The translations under genes were made by a program, and so were the position numbers. A DNA stretch of 64,000 nucleotides from Clostridia bacterium (GTDB lineage: Bacteria > Bacillota > Clostridia > Christensenellales > Borkfalkiaceae). Shown in pieces: positions 56,401 to 64,000 of this stretch; the first letter of the stretch is position 1; each line of letters opens with the position of its first letter. The DNA lies in assembly GCA_017624285.1 (NCBI GenBank), contig JAGANI010000033.1:822-64821 (forward strand), in the 5' to 3' direction. A model generated the notes under the pieces. That model ran no database searches and was not told the DNA's origin. It saw only the letters and a list, made by a program, of their open reading frames with translations.

Positions 56401-57378
56401 CCTACTGCTGGTAATTACTTAAAGTCTATTAAGGTTAACGGCGTAGTTCAAGCGATCTCTTACGAAGACGACAAAGCTTACGTTGCTTTAAAGTATCAAT
56501 CTCTTGACCCCGTTACTATCGAAGTTATCACTACTGATACTGAAATTATAACTAAATCCGTAGCGCTTTCCTTAAGCCACAAGTTTGCTTACGCTAGCGC
56601 TTCTGCTTTAGCAAACGGTACTGCAGTTAAATTAGTTGGTGAAGATTCCGCTATCACGCTTAACGTTACCGATGGTAAGATTAACGCAACCTTACCGGTT
56701 GGCAGTTATCAAGTTGTTGTTGATTACCACGCTCCGTACACCTTAGTTATTGATGACTCCACTTCTAGTGAGTTAGACGTAGTATTATTACGTAAAGTAA
56801 TTACTCACTACGGTGATTATAGCTCTTATATAACTAACGACGGTACTGATGGTACTAACGGCGCATCAATCGTTGCTCCTGGTGGTACTCAGTTTATCAG
56901 ACAGTACTTCTACTTTGCTGAAAGCGTTGACTTTAACCAAGCAAACATTGTCGAATACAACCTTACTATGGATACTTCTTGTCAAGTATTTAGTGGTTTA
57001 TTCTATCGTGGTGGCGATAAGTTGTCAGTTGACGGTTTCTATACTTACTTCAACCAAGGTTGTTGGAAATCAAGCGTAATCTGGTTACGTAAACAAGATG
57101 CAAGCGATAGTCAATATACCGCAAACGCTGATAACGCTAATATGAACGGTTCTTTACTTACCGTTAAAGTAGTTGTTGTTACCTCCGGTAATGAGATTAA
57201 GTATTACGTTATTGATAAAGAGGGTAGCGTTAATTTAGTTCACACTAGCGAAAAGCCGACCGTGACACACGTTATGACTAAGATTGACGATTGTACCGGT
57301 ACGTTAAAGTGGGAAAACATCAAAGTTTACGACGGTGCTGACGTAGCAACCAGACTTACCGAACTTGGCATTAACTAA
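53461..57378 (+). CDS. Surface lipoprotein, module 4 tail (1305 aa): CBM9/DOMON-like + Ig-like + extra ConA/LamG-like modules
   Basis: Starts 14 nt after the head gene, with AGGAGG upstream. Signal peptide MKKLFKVLLLALLVVVSAIGVMAC and a G/P/T linker, then DGVMSDGEWD...GYVIEWMIPW. The C-terminus ...KWENIKVYDGADVATRLTELGIN matches the module 3 tail. Confidence 0.85.
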   Translation: MKKLFKVLLLALLVVVSAIGVMACNNKNNDGGGGGGTPPTPTTPIYPDQYHDESRDPDFNVYNGITLDGVMSDGEWDNYNVYETEISLGGVDHDVIWCSTFSNEGAVFAIQVEGTPVYYNINRSMTENSGIEIYVAPGGTTDVMGKAWQMEIMPNGIYQTHLWHSFGGHNGYRTANAYLEVEGTVLGAPLNDPNSTGYVIEWMIPWSVFGYNSNQKPSHINMDVAFLYCSTFNGPRDAWVSMRQTKENKIYSWTNPSSWYTLTEFGFYNEDGDILSVINDGEEVVNGTVEVSGTFKEGGAVVITPDDGYVLKSLVINGKKVNSLYYSMAPASERVLYIDVEFKPAIGNPVDFNVVGGYVYTEKVNLGKNISFALTNEAGEVFVGLTDDDGVATVYVPDGEYAYSMDGYTGGTVTVNSADNVAYDLTFTKIGISADGKGATISGLDSTDGVTIIGTPSSTLRMLNGFGSNSSVDFNGKVVVEYDYEVELGQKTCTFLRWLTTADTFYNNQVAWVGANYIDLKQKETIVTRVPGDPDGIARVHIVYVIEDNTATCFLKTTDGYELLFTNVAAGKITGYYLESVENETYYAYKNFKVYDGVFANQIAKAPLTVSSTGESSVEFNKPQASLGDLITVTVTPNEATEGKNVVTSVKINNEDVDYVVNADGTIVAEFRHNGNIPAYDVAVTTANVNPVEVDLSIKITDIKDNLFALANKDFKVSGVLTAFGTTDADGNATLELVDGSYIIEVDGYLKSTFVVADGALTTDNILIAENIFIETDKFDYGFNTAEGYWFTSYQSVNKLYFIDDRIAEGDVISFTYTGKVKQGANHYPEIQVFDNNGNSICLQLSQWNGTLNLKDVAAKTVYAIANDVESYTANLCLVLTNGVIEVYFADGTYITAIKGVRSSSGNDGASFGDFASFHWHFETDNPAPGNWKISNFKVLRAAAVDTIINAETADVVIKNAKGDTLNAIPFALDVKIYVTPTAGNYLKSIKVNGVVQAISYEDDKAYVALKYQSLDPVTIEVITTDTEIITKSVALSLSHKFAYASASALANGTAVKLVGEDSAITLNVTDGKINATLPVGSYQVVVDYHAPYTLVIDDSTSSELDVVLLRKVITHYGDYSSYITNDGTDGTNGASIVAPGGTQFIRQYFYFAESVDFNQANIVEYNLTMDTSCQVFSGLFYRGGDKLSVDGFYTYFNQGCWKSSVIWLRKQDASDSQYTANADNANMNGSLLTVKVVVVTSGNEIKYYVIDKEGSVNLVHTSEKPTVTHVMTKIDDCTGTLKWENIKVYDGADVATRLTELGIN

Positions 57379-57413
57379 TACTATTAAGCATAAAGCTTAA
57401 TTAAACTAAAACT

Positions 57414-57449
57414 AAAGACGCTACCTTTTGGTGGCGTCTTATTTTTTTT
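57414..57449 (+). terminator. Intrinsic terminator after module 4
   Basis: AAAGACGCTACCttttGGTGGCGTCTT followed by ATTTTTTTT. Confidence 0.75.
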
Positions 57450-57470
57450 ACCCCGTTAGTGGGGTGGGTA

Positions 57471-57499
57471 TTGACATTATATTGTTACAATGGTAAAAT
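57471..57499 (+). promoter_or_regulatory. Candidate promoter of the epimerase-family gene
   Basis: TTGACA, a 17-nt spacer, then TAAAAT, 20 nt upstream of a G7-containing Shine-Dalgarno region. Confidence 0.45.
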
Positions 57500-57519
57500 A
57501 GTAAAAAAGGGGGGGACGT

Positions 57520-58488
57520 ATGCGGTATATTATTACAGGCGCTTCAGGGCATATAGGCAATAATTTGGTTAGGTATATTAATAAGGTAGAACCAACTGCT
57601 AAAGTCGTTGTGCTTACAAGGCGCAAAATCGGGGTAGAACTCGACGGCACAAACTGTACGCAAGTTTTATGTGATATTTTAAGTGAAGATTTTTTATCTT
57701 CCTTCATTACGTCTGACGATATCGTAGTGCATTTAGCGGGTGTTATAGATTTAACCGATAAAAAGCAGGATTTACTTTATAGCGTAAATTATCTAGGCGC
57801 AAAAACTATCACCGACGTATGCTTAAAGCTTAACGTAAAAAAATACGTTTACGCAGGCAGTGTAGACGGCATTTATAAACCTAGCGACGTTTTAATAACC
57901 GAGCCTGATAGTTATCCAATAGATAATTTAATCGGTGGCTACGCCAAGACAAAAGCCCTTGCAACGGGGTACGTAAAAGACGTAATAAGCCGTAATCCCG
58001 ATTTTAACGGTGCTTTCGTTTTGCCCTCTGCCGTCATTGGCGAAAACGATTTTAAGCCTTCTGCGGTGGGTAGGGTAATCTTAAACGTTATTTCTAATAA
58101 AGCGGAAATCGGCTTAAAGGGTGGGTACAACTTCGTTGCCGTTTCTGACGTTGTTAAAGCAATTTATAAGTTGGCAAATTCTTCTATTAGGGACGGCTTT
58201 ATTTTATCGGGTGAATCCGTCGATATCAAACAATTTTACGGCTATATAAACAAAGTTATAAACCGTAACGCTAAACCTATAATTTTACCGACCTTCGTTG
58301 CAAAAATGGCGATACCGTTCGTTAAAATTTTAAACAAAATTACCCTTAAAGCCCTTTCAGACCCACATAATTATTCAAACAAAAAAGTGTCCGACGCTTT
58401 GGGTATTAACTTTTTATCGGCTGAGGACTCCATTAAAAAAGCGACGGAGTGGTTCGTTGCAAACAAAAGCCTTTTCGATAAAAAATAA
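57520..58488 (+). CDS. NAD(P)-dependent epimerase/dehydratase-family (extended SDR) protein
   Basis: 322 aa. Rossmann motif ITGASGHIGNNL and the catalytic YxxxK (YAKTK). Confidence 0.8.
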   Translation: MRYIITGASGHIGNNLVRYINKVEPTAKVVVLTRRKIGVELDGTNCTQVLCDILSEDFLSSFITSDDIVVHLAGVIDLTDKKQDLLYSVNYLGAKTITDVCLKLNVKKYVYAGSVDGIYKPSDVLITEPDSYPIDNLIGGYAKTKALATGYVKDVISRNPDFNGAFVLPSAVIGENDFKPSAVGRVILNVISNKAEIGLKGGYNFVAVSDVVKAIYKLANSSIRDGFILSGESVDIKQFYGYINKVINRNAKPIILPTFVAKMAIPFVKILNKITLKALSDPHNYSNKKVSDALGINFLSAEDSIKKATEWFVANKSLFDKK

Positions 58489-58522
58489 CGTTTATTATAA
58501 GGCGTAAAAATAATAAAAACAA

Positions 58523-58554
58523 AAAAATAGCCACCCCGTAGGGTGGCGTTTTTT
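58523..58554. terminator. Bidirectional terminator between the convergent epimerase and alcohol dehydrogenase genes
   Basis: aaaaaaataGCCACCCcgtaGGGTGGCgtttttt. Confidence 0.75.
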
Positions 58555-58566
58555 ATTAAACCGTTA

Positions 58567-59712
58567 TTAAATAAGTTTTCTGTAAAGCGCTTTAATGTCT
58601 TCAAGCGTGGGGTCTTTGGGGTTACCGGGACGGCAAGCGTCGTCCATAGCAGATTGGCTTAAAAAGTCTACGTCTTCGTCTTTTAATATGCCTTTTAAGT
58701 CTTGTGGGATGCCTACGTCGATAGATAACTGTTTAACTGCGTCTACGGCGGCTTTTCTGTATTCGTCCTGCGTCATATCGTCAACGCCCTTAACGCCCAT
58801 AGCCCTTGCAATTTCGCGATACTTATCCCCAGTTGCTTCAGCATTGTATTCCATAATAGTCGGAAGTAATATTGCGTTAGCGATGCCGTGCGGGGTATCG
58901 TAAAGCGCGCCTAAGCCGTGCGCCATAGAGTGTACTATACCTAAACCTACGTTACTAAAGCCCATACCTGCAACGTATTGACCAAGCGCCATGCCTTCTC
59001 TACCTTCTTTGGTGTTTGCAACTGCGCCACGTAAGGATTTTGATATAATTTCAATCGCTTTAAGGTGGAACATATCAGTCATTTCCCAAGCGCCTTTAGT
59101 GATATAACCTTCGATAGCGTGCGTTAAAGCGTCCATACCCGTTGCTGCGGTAAGACCTTTCGGCATAGAAGCCATCATTTCAGGGTCGATAACTGCAACT
59201 ACAGGGATATCGTGTACGTCTACGCAAACAAATTTACGCTTTTTTTCCACGTCGGTTATAACGTAGTTAATGGTAACTTCAGCAGCAGTACCAGCGGTAG
59301 TGGGTACTGCGATAATGGGTACGCAGGGGTTTTTAGTGGGGGCAACGCCTTCTAAAGAACGCACGTCTTCAAACTCTGGGTTAGCGATGATAATACCAAC
59401 TGCTTTAGCGGTATCCATACTAGAACCACCACCGATAGCAATTATACCTTGCGCGCCACTCTTTTTAAATGCTGCAACGCCCGTTTTAACGTTTTCGATA
59501 GTCGGGTTGGGTTTGATTTCAGAATATAATTCATACTCAATTTTAGCGTCGTCTAAAACGTCCAAAACCTTTTTGGTAACGCCAAACTTAACTAAATCGG
59601 GGTCAGAGCAAACAAAAACCTTGCTCATGCCTCTGCCTTTAACTTCCGCAGGGATTTCCTTAATACAACCTGCGCCGTGATAACTTGTTTCATTTAAAAC
59701 TATTCTTGCCAT
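58567..59712 (-). CDS. fucO: Iron-containing (group III) alcohol dehydrogenase, lactaldehyde reductase-like
   Basis: 381 aa. The N-terminus RIVLNETSYHGAGCIKEIP... parallels E. coli FucO. GGGSSMDTAK, metal-binding H..H (HSMAHGLGALYDTPHG). The specific substrate is inferred only. Confidence 0.8.
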   Translation of the reverse strand: MARIVLNETSYHGAGCIKEIPAEVKGRGMSKVFVCSDPDLVKFGVTKKVLDVLDDAKIEYELYSEIKPNPTIENVKTGVAAFKKSGAQGIIAIGGGSSMDTAKAVGIIIANPEFEDVRSLEGVAPTKNPCVPIIAVPTTAGTAAEVTINYVITDVEKKRKFVCVDVHDIPVVAVIDPEMMASMPKGLTAATGMDALTHAIEGYITKGAWEMTDMFHLKAIEIISKSLRGAVANTKEGREGMALGQYVAGMGFSNVGLGIVHSMAHGLGALYDTPHGIANAILLPTIMEYNAEATGDKYREIARAMGVKGVDDMTQDEYRKAAVDAVKQLSIDVGIPQDLKGILKDEDVDFLSQSAMDDACRPGNPKDPTLEDIKALYRKLI

Positions 59713-59820
59713 AATTTTTCTCCTATATCATATTTAAGGTATTTACCTACCTTATTATTTTACCATAATTAAAAGTAATATTCAATATCAATATTAATTT
59801 TAGTATTAAATTTCAATAAA

Positions 59821-60831
59821 TTATTTAACGATAATTTTCATTATAAACCCATCTTCAAAATAGGGGTTACCAGCGGATACGATTTGTGGTATCGGGCAGG
59901 GGATTACTAAACCGTCTTTAATATAGTAGCCGTCAAGATTAACGTAGTGCGCCGCGTGCCAATGTCCACAAAATACGCCTTTAATTACGTCTGCGTTAGA
60001 AGTTATAATATCGTAAACGTCGTTATCTTCTTTCGTGGAGCAAACCGTGCTACAAACCAAGTTTACTTTATCGTAAAAATTCTCGTGCGTAACGTTGCCT
60101 GGTGTAACTATAAAAGCGGGGTGATTTTGGTCGCAAATTTTTCTAGTAGAAATCGGCTCGTGTTGGAAGATAAGCACCGTTAAATTTTCTTTTTTAGCGC
60201 GTTTTATATCTTGCGTTAACTTTTCAACCTGTTCTTTATCATAATGCGATAATCCGTTGTTTATCGCAATAATTAGCACCCGTTCCCCCACTAATTTAGA
60301 TACGTAGTAGCTATTTGTATTCCAAAAGCCTTCGACAATCGCCTTTCTAGCTTCTAACGGCAGTTTATCTTTAACCCCCGTTTGCATTTGTTTTACGTAC
60401 TCGTGTCCACCCGGCGTACAAATATAGTCGGGGTAAGCTTCAAATATATATTTTTTTGCTAAGTATATAGTTCCCTTACTTAAAAAGTCTAAAATATCAC
60501 CGGTAATAACGCAAGCGTCAAAATACTTGCACGCTTCAAGCGCGCTTTTAGCACTTTTTAAAGCCTCGCCATCTTTTAGCCAAAGCCTATGTTTTTTAGT
60601 CAATAAAAGTTCTTCGTCAAGATAGTCTTCTTCCAAAAAATAGTTAAAGTGCAAATCGGTAAGTTGCGCAATAGTTATCGGCGACGATACGTTGGCGTTT
60701 ATTGTAAATTCACACACCACTTGGTTGCTTTCTTTTAACCGATAAACGCTTACTTCTTCACATGGATGGTCTAACGTAAAATCAAGTTTATCTTGCGCAA
60801 AAAACGCTTTTTTATCTTCAACAAAACCCAT
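59821..60831 (-). CDS. Calcineurin-like metallophosphoesterase
   Basis: Motifs QLTDLHF, ITGDILD, GHWHAAH. Start set to ATG 60831 (AAGGTG upstream); the track gives a GTG at 60840. Confidence 0.75.
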   Translation of the reverse strand: MGFVEDKKAFFAQDKLDFTLDHPCEEVSVYRLKESNQVVCEFTINANVSSPITIAQLTDLHFNYFLEEDYLDEELLLTKKHRLWLKDGEALKSAKSALEACKYFDACVITGDILDFLSKGTIYLAKKYIFEAYPDYICTPGGHEYVKQMQTGVKDKLPLEARKAIVEGFWNTNSYYVSKLVGERVLIIAINNGLSHYDKEQVEKLTQDIKRAKKENLTVLIFQHEPISTRKICDQNHPAFIVTPGNVTHENFYDKVNLVCSTVCSTKEDNDVYDIITSNADVIKGVFCGHWHAAHYVNLDGYYIKDGLVIPCPIPQIVSAGNPYFEDGFIMKIIVK

Positions 60832-61058
60832 AAAACACACCTTAAGTTTATATTATAATTTTAGCATAATTAAGGGGTTAATTCAACACGTATTTTTGCT
60901 ATTTTGCGTTAACTTTGCATAATTTTTGCGATTTTATATTGCGTTTAACCTGTTTTAATATTGTCTTGCAAGTGTAAATAAATTTTTTTTGCAAAATATT
61001 GCTAAAAATCAAGTTTTAGTGATATAATAATATATATCAACTAATTTTAGGAGCATTT

Positions 61059-61637
61059 ATGAAGATTTGTGTTTACGGGGCTTCATCCCCCACTATTGAT
61101 AAAGATTATATCGTAAAAACTGAAGCTTTAGGGCAACAGATGGTAAAAAGAGGGCACTCACTCGTGTTTGGTGGTGGCACTAACGGGCTTATGGGCGCAG
61201 TTGCGCGTGGCGTAAAGTCGCAAAACGGTCATATTTTGGGCGTTATACCTAAATTTTTCCGTCACGACCGTGTAGAAGTCATTTATACCGAGTGTGATGA
61301 GCTTGTCGAACCCGACACTATGAGAGAGCGTAAGCAGATTATGGAAGACAACGCCGACGCTTTTATCATAACCCCGGGTGGTATCGGCACTTTTGAAGAA
61401 TTTTACGAGATTTTAACCTTAAAACAACTTTGCCGTCATAATAAGCCTATTGCAATTTACAATATCAATAATTATTACGACGAAACTTTGCAAGTTATCT
61501 TAAAGGCGATTGAAAAGAACTTCGTTACTGAAAAGTGTAACGAGCTTTTTAAAGTTTGTAGTACTTTAGACGAAATTTTTACTTATATAGAGTCTAACCA
61601 ACCTCAGCTAGCACTTAAAGAGCTTAAAGAAGGTTAA
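61059..61637 (+). CDS. LOG-family (TIGR00730) nucleotide 5'-monophosphate nucleosidase
   Basis: 192 aa. GGGTNGLMGAVA and PGGIGTFEEF motifs. RBS AGGAG upstream. Confidence 0.85.
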   Translation: MKICVYGASSPTIDKDYIVKTEALGQQMVKRGHSLVFGGGTNGLMGAVARGVKSQNGHILGVIPKFFRHDRVEVIYTECDELVEPDTMRERKQIMEDNADAFIITPGGIGTFEEFYEILTLKQLCRHNKPIAIYNINNYYDETLQVILKAIEKNFVTEKCNELFKVCSTLDEIFTYIESNQPQLALKELKEG

Positions 61638-61746
61638 TAATTTAAAAGCATTTTTTGTGCTAATGGCAGGACGGGGTGCGTAAAACATTGTTTTTTAATA
61701 AAATTTGGGCGTTTTTTTGATAACTAAATAGGTTAATACGCTAATT

Positions 61747-61775
61747 ACGGTAGTACTAGTTACTACCGTTTTTTT
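61747..61775 (+). terminator. Intrinsic terminator after the LOG gene
   Basis: ACGGTAGTActagtTACTACCGT followed by TTTTTT. Confidence 0.8.
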
Positions 61776-61793
61776 ATGTAAAAAATAAAAAAA

Positions 61794-61832
61794 CTATACC
61801 CAACCTATACCAAAACTATACCTAAGGTATAG
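61794..61832. promoter_or_regulatory. Helically phased CTATACC repeats plus a palindrome, candidate regulator binding site
   Basis: CTATACC occurs at 61794, 61805 and 61816 (11-bp spacing). The third copy forms the perfect palindrome CTATACCtaaGGTATAG (61816-61832). TATACT lies at 61855-61860, with no good -35. Confidence 0.4.
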
Positions 61833-61954
61833 GGAAATCGCTTAAAAAATTTGTTATACTTAAAATACATAAAAGTATTTTATGGGCAAAAAAATAGGTT
61901 TTACTTAAAACCCAAATTAAAAAAATGCGGTAAAACCGCATATAGGAGGTTTTT

Positions 61955-64000
61955 ATGAAGTTAAAAGCAAAAAGTATTTTAGTAACTACTTTGCTGGCGC
62001 TAGCTTTTGCGTGTGGTATATTTTCGGCTATGCCTATAACTGCAAAAGCAGCAGACGTAGACAAAACTGTGCATTTTGCCATTACAGAACCGTTTGACGT
62101 GTATTTTGAAACAACTGGTTCAAATAACAATTATCCCGTATTGTTAAATAACGAAAACAAATTATCAGTTCCAATTCCACAATTATATAGAAAGGATACT
62201 TTAGATTTTGTGTTCGACGGTTGGTACATAGCGAATACTGATACAAAAATTACACAAGACTACGTATTTGATGGTTATACTGTTATTGTTGATAGATGGA
62301 CGTACTCTGAATTTGATAGTAATTATAAAGTATCAAATATAGAAATTAATAATCCAGAATTGACCATTGGTACAAAACAAGGTGAATATATTGCAGACGT
62401 TGCAATTGCTAACGTAGATGGCATAACACAAAATAGTGGTGTTAATTTTACCATTTACAAAGGGCTTAATAAAAGTGGTGATGTCCTTGTTGGCGATGAA
62501 ACTATTGAAATAGGCAAAAACTATTCAGCAGTTACGACTATCACGCTAAAAGATGGGTATAAGTTTGACGACCAATTAAGATTTACTTCAGATAATGGGC
62601 TTTGTGCAGATTACAAATTTAGAGGGAATTTCTTTACAAATCAATGGAGTACGTTAGCAACCCAAGTTGAAGTTGTCATCAACTTTGTGGGTGATGATGA
62701 ATATTATTTTTCTCAACAACCCGAATCCCGCACGCTTGAGAATTATTCCGAATATCATTACTGGTATGCTTTACAAGAACCTGATGATGCGGAAATTTTG
62801 AATAGCGTTGTATTGCAATACAAACAGCAAGACGAAAGTTGGGCATTGTTTGGTCCTGCAACGATGGTTGTTTCGCCTTATGCTGATAGGACGATAACTT
62901 TCCGTTTACTTGCTGATTACGGTGATGCCGGTTATATTTATAGCGAACCTTGGACAATTACTTGGGAAAAAGTTAACGGAACTATTGATGATATTCAACT
63001 TGGTGTTACAAGTCCTAAAGAGAATAATGCGCCAAGTTACGCTAAGGCAAATAGTGATCCTAGATATTATCAAGCATACGTAAACGACACTACCACACAA
63101 AATGGTATTACGTGGAGCGGAAGTGTTTCTGGCAATTTAGAAGTTGCAAATGCAATTTTTAATAAAACTGAAGATTATACCGTTTCTATTAAATTAGTAG
63201 CACAAGAAGGGTATTCTTTTGATATTGCTAATTTAACTGCAACTATTAATGCAAATAATGCGCAAGTAGCGGGAACTTCTGAAGAAGTTACGGTTACGTA
63301 TACTTTTGAAAAAGAATTGCCAAAAACTTATAACGTTTATTTTGGTTCTGGAGTTAAAGGAAGTGGCACAATGGAAACCGTTTCCGTTGCTGAAGGTGAA
63401 GAATACGAATTGCCAGTTTGTGAGTTTACTCCGTATACGAATTATAAATTTTCTTCTTGGAGTATTAGTGGGCAATTAAAAATGCCAGGCGATATAATAA
63501 ATATTACTGAAGATATAACAGTTTTTGCAATTTGGCAAGGTGTTTCTACTCCCGTTGCGGAAGGTTTTACAACCCAGCCAACTGGTGGAACAACGGCAAC
63601 GGGGGCTGTATTTACTGCGCAATTCGTTGTTGATTCAGGTATTGTGTTTGATAGCGTAAACGTATTACAATACGATTCTGAAACAGATACTTGGAACACG
63701 TTTGATAGTAGTACTGGCATTAGTGCAATTACGTCTGCTGGTAGAATCGTTGGCGCTGGATTTTCAAGTTCAACTCAAATTTCAGCGGTTTTAAGGATTT
63801 ACGCAGTTAGAGAAGGTTTAGCCGTTGCAAAAAGTGAGATTTTTGCAGTTAACTGGGTTGATTGCGAGTTTACTAAACAACCACAAGGTGCAAAAGTTGT
63901 AACGGGTTCTACTTATACTTTCAATTGGGATACTAACTTTGACGTAACAAGGTACAGGATTTTGTGCTTTGACGGAGAAGAGTGGAGCGCTATTGCTGAG
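61955..64000 (+). CDS. Secreted repeat protein (partial, continues past the right edge) with Listeria-Bacteroides-type (InlB B-repeat-like) modules
   Basis: Absent from the ORF track because it has no stop in the window. AGGAGG at 61944-61949 and ATG at 61955. Signal peptide MKLKAKSILVTTLLALAFACGIFSAMPITAKA. 682 codons are open to position 64000. It contains ...YNVYFGSGVKGSGTMETVSVAEGEEYELPVCEFTPYTNYKFSSWSISG.... Confidence 0.75.
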   Translation, partial: MKLKAKSILVTTLLALAFACGIFSAMPITAKAADVDKTVHFAITEPFDVYFETTGSNNNYPVLLNNENKLSVPIPQLYRKDTLDFVFDGWYIANTDTKITQDYVFDGYTVIVDRWTYSEFDSNYKVSNIEINNPELTIGTKQGEYIADVAIANVDGITQNSGVNFTIYKGLNKSGDVLVGDETIEIGKNYSAVTTITLKDGYKFDDQLRFTSDNGLCADYKFRGNFFTNQWSTLATQVEVVINFVGDDEYYFSQQPESRTLENYSEYHYWYALQEPDDAEILNSVVLQYKQQDESWALFGPATMVVSPYADRTITFRLLADYGDAGYIYSEPWTITWEKVNGTIDDIQLGVTSPKENNAPSYAKANSDPRYYQAYVNDTTTQNGITWSGSVSGNLEVANAIFNKTEDYTVSIKLVAQEGYSFDIANLTATINANNAQVAGTSEEVTVTYTFEKELPKTYNVYFGSGVKGSGTMETVSVAEGEEYELPVCEFTPYTNYKFSSWSISGQLKMPGDIINITEDITVFAIWQGVSTPVAEGFTTQPTGGTTATGAVFTAQFVVDSGIVFDSVNVLQYDSETDTWNTFDSSTGISAITSAGRIVGAGFSSSTQISAVLRIYAVREGLAVAKSEIFAVNWVDCEFTKQPQGAKVVTGSTYTFNWDTNFDVTRYRILCFDGEEWSAIAE

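Noticed and set aside
32554-57378. The giant proteins might be RHS/polymorphic toxins, S-layer proteins, LPXTG adhesins or targets of a diversity-generating retroelement.
   Set aside because: I saw no YD/RHS repeats, no C-terminal toxin/immunity pairs, no SLH or LPXTG motifs, and no reverse transcriptase or template repeat in the window. The lipobox N-termini and glycoside-hydrolase-like motifs fit surface carbohydrate-active lipoproteins better.
61822-62130. A 102-aa minus-strand ORF.
   Set aside because: It overlaps the RBS-led start and signal peptide of the much longer + strand secreted protein gene (61955 onward), and it has no RBS of its own.
1-64000. Prophage, IS element, integrative element or defence island.
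   Set aside because: No ORF of 60 aa or more resembles a transposase, integrase, recombinase, phage structural protein, restriction/modification enzyme or other known defence component. The only mobile-like signals are the small repeat families reported above.

Overview
Origin-proximal chromosome segment of an AT-rich, Gram-positive-type (Bacillota-like) bacterium, standard genetic code, mostly TAA stops. The left half (1-32 kb) is housekeeping. It holds recF (partial), dnaA, mnmG, RNase P RNA, rubrerythrin, two membrane proteins, a GDPD phosphodiesterase, pepV, radC, gltX and yyaC. A 1.57-kb AT-rich gene desert with two tandem parS sites follows. Then come ftsH, soj, spo0J, nfeD/SPFH, a GNAT, a YpsA-like gene and rsmG. 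A DnaA-box cluster (candidate oriC) sits directly upstream of dnaN rather than dnaA, followed by rpmH-rnpA-yidD-yidC-khpB and a lysine-riboswitch-controlled dapA-dapB-lysA operon. The right half (32.5-57.4 kb) is the most unusual part. It is a same-strand tandem array of four paralogous giant surface-lipoprotein modules with a GH43-like propeller head. Two modules are single ~1860-aa genes. Two are split at the same domain boundary into gene pairs in which the downstream half has its own lipoprotein signal peptide. The array is punctuated by clusters of a nested-palindromic REP-like repeat family; a third cluster lies after mnmG and truncates an XRE-type HTH gene. A C10/G10 homopolymer pair lies upstream of the fourth module, and the G10 sits inside a TTGACA/TATACT promoter spacer. 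The window ends with an epimerase, a FucO-like alcohol dehydrogenase, a metallophosphoesterase, a LOG-family gene and a partial secreted repeat protein. I saw no transposase, integrase, CRISPR array, tRNA or rRNA gene. All family assignments come from motif recognition by eye and no database search was run.
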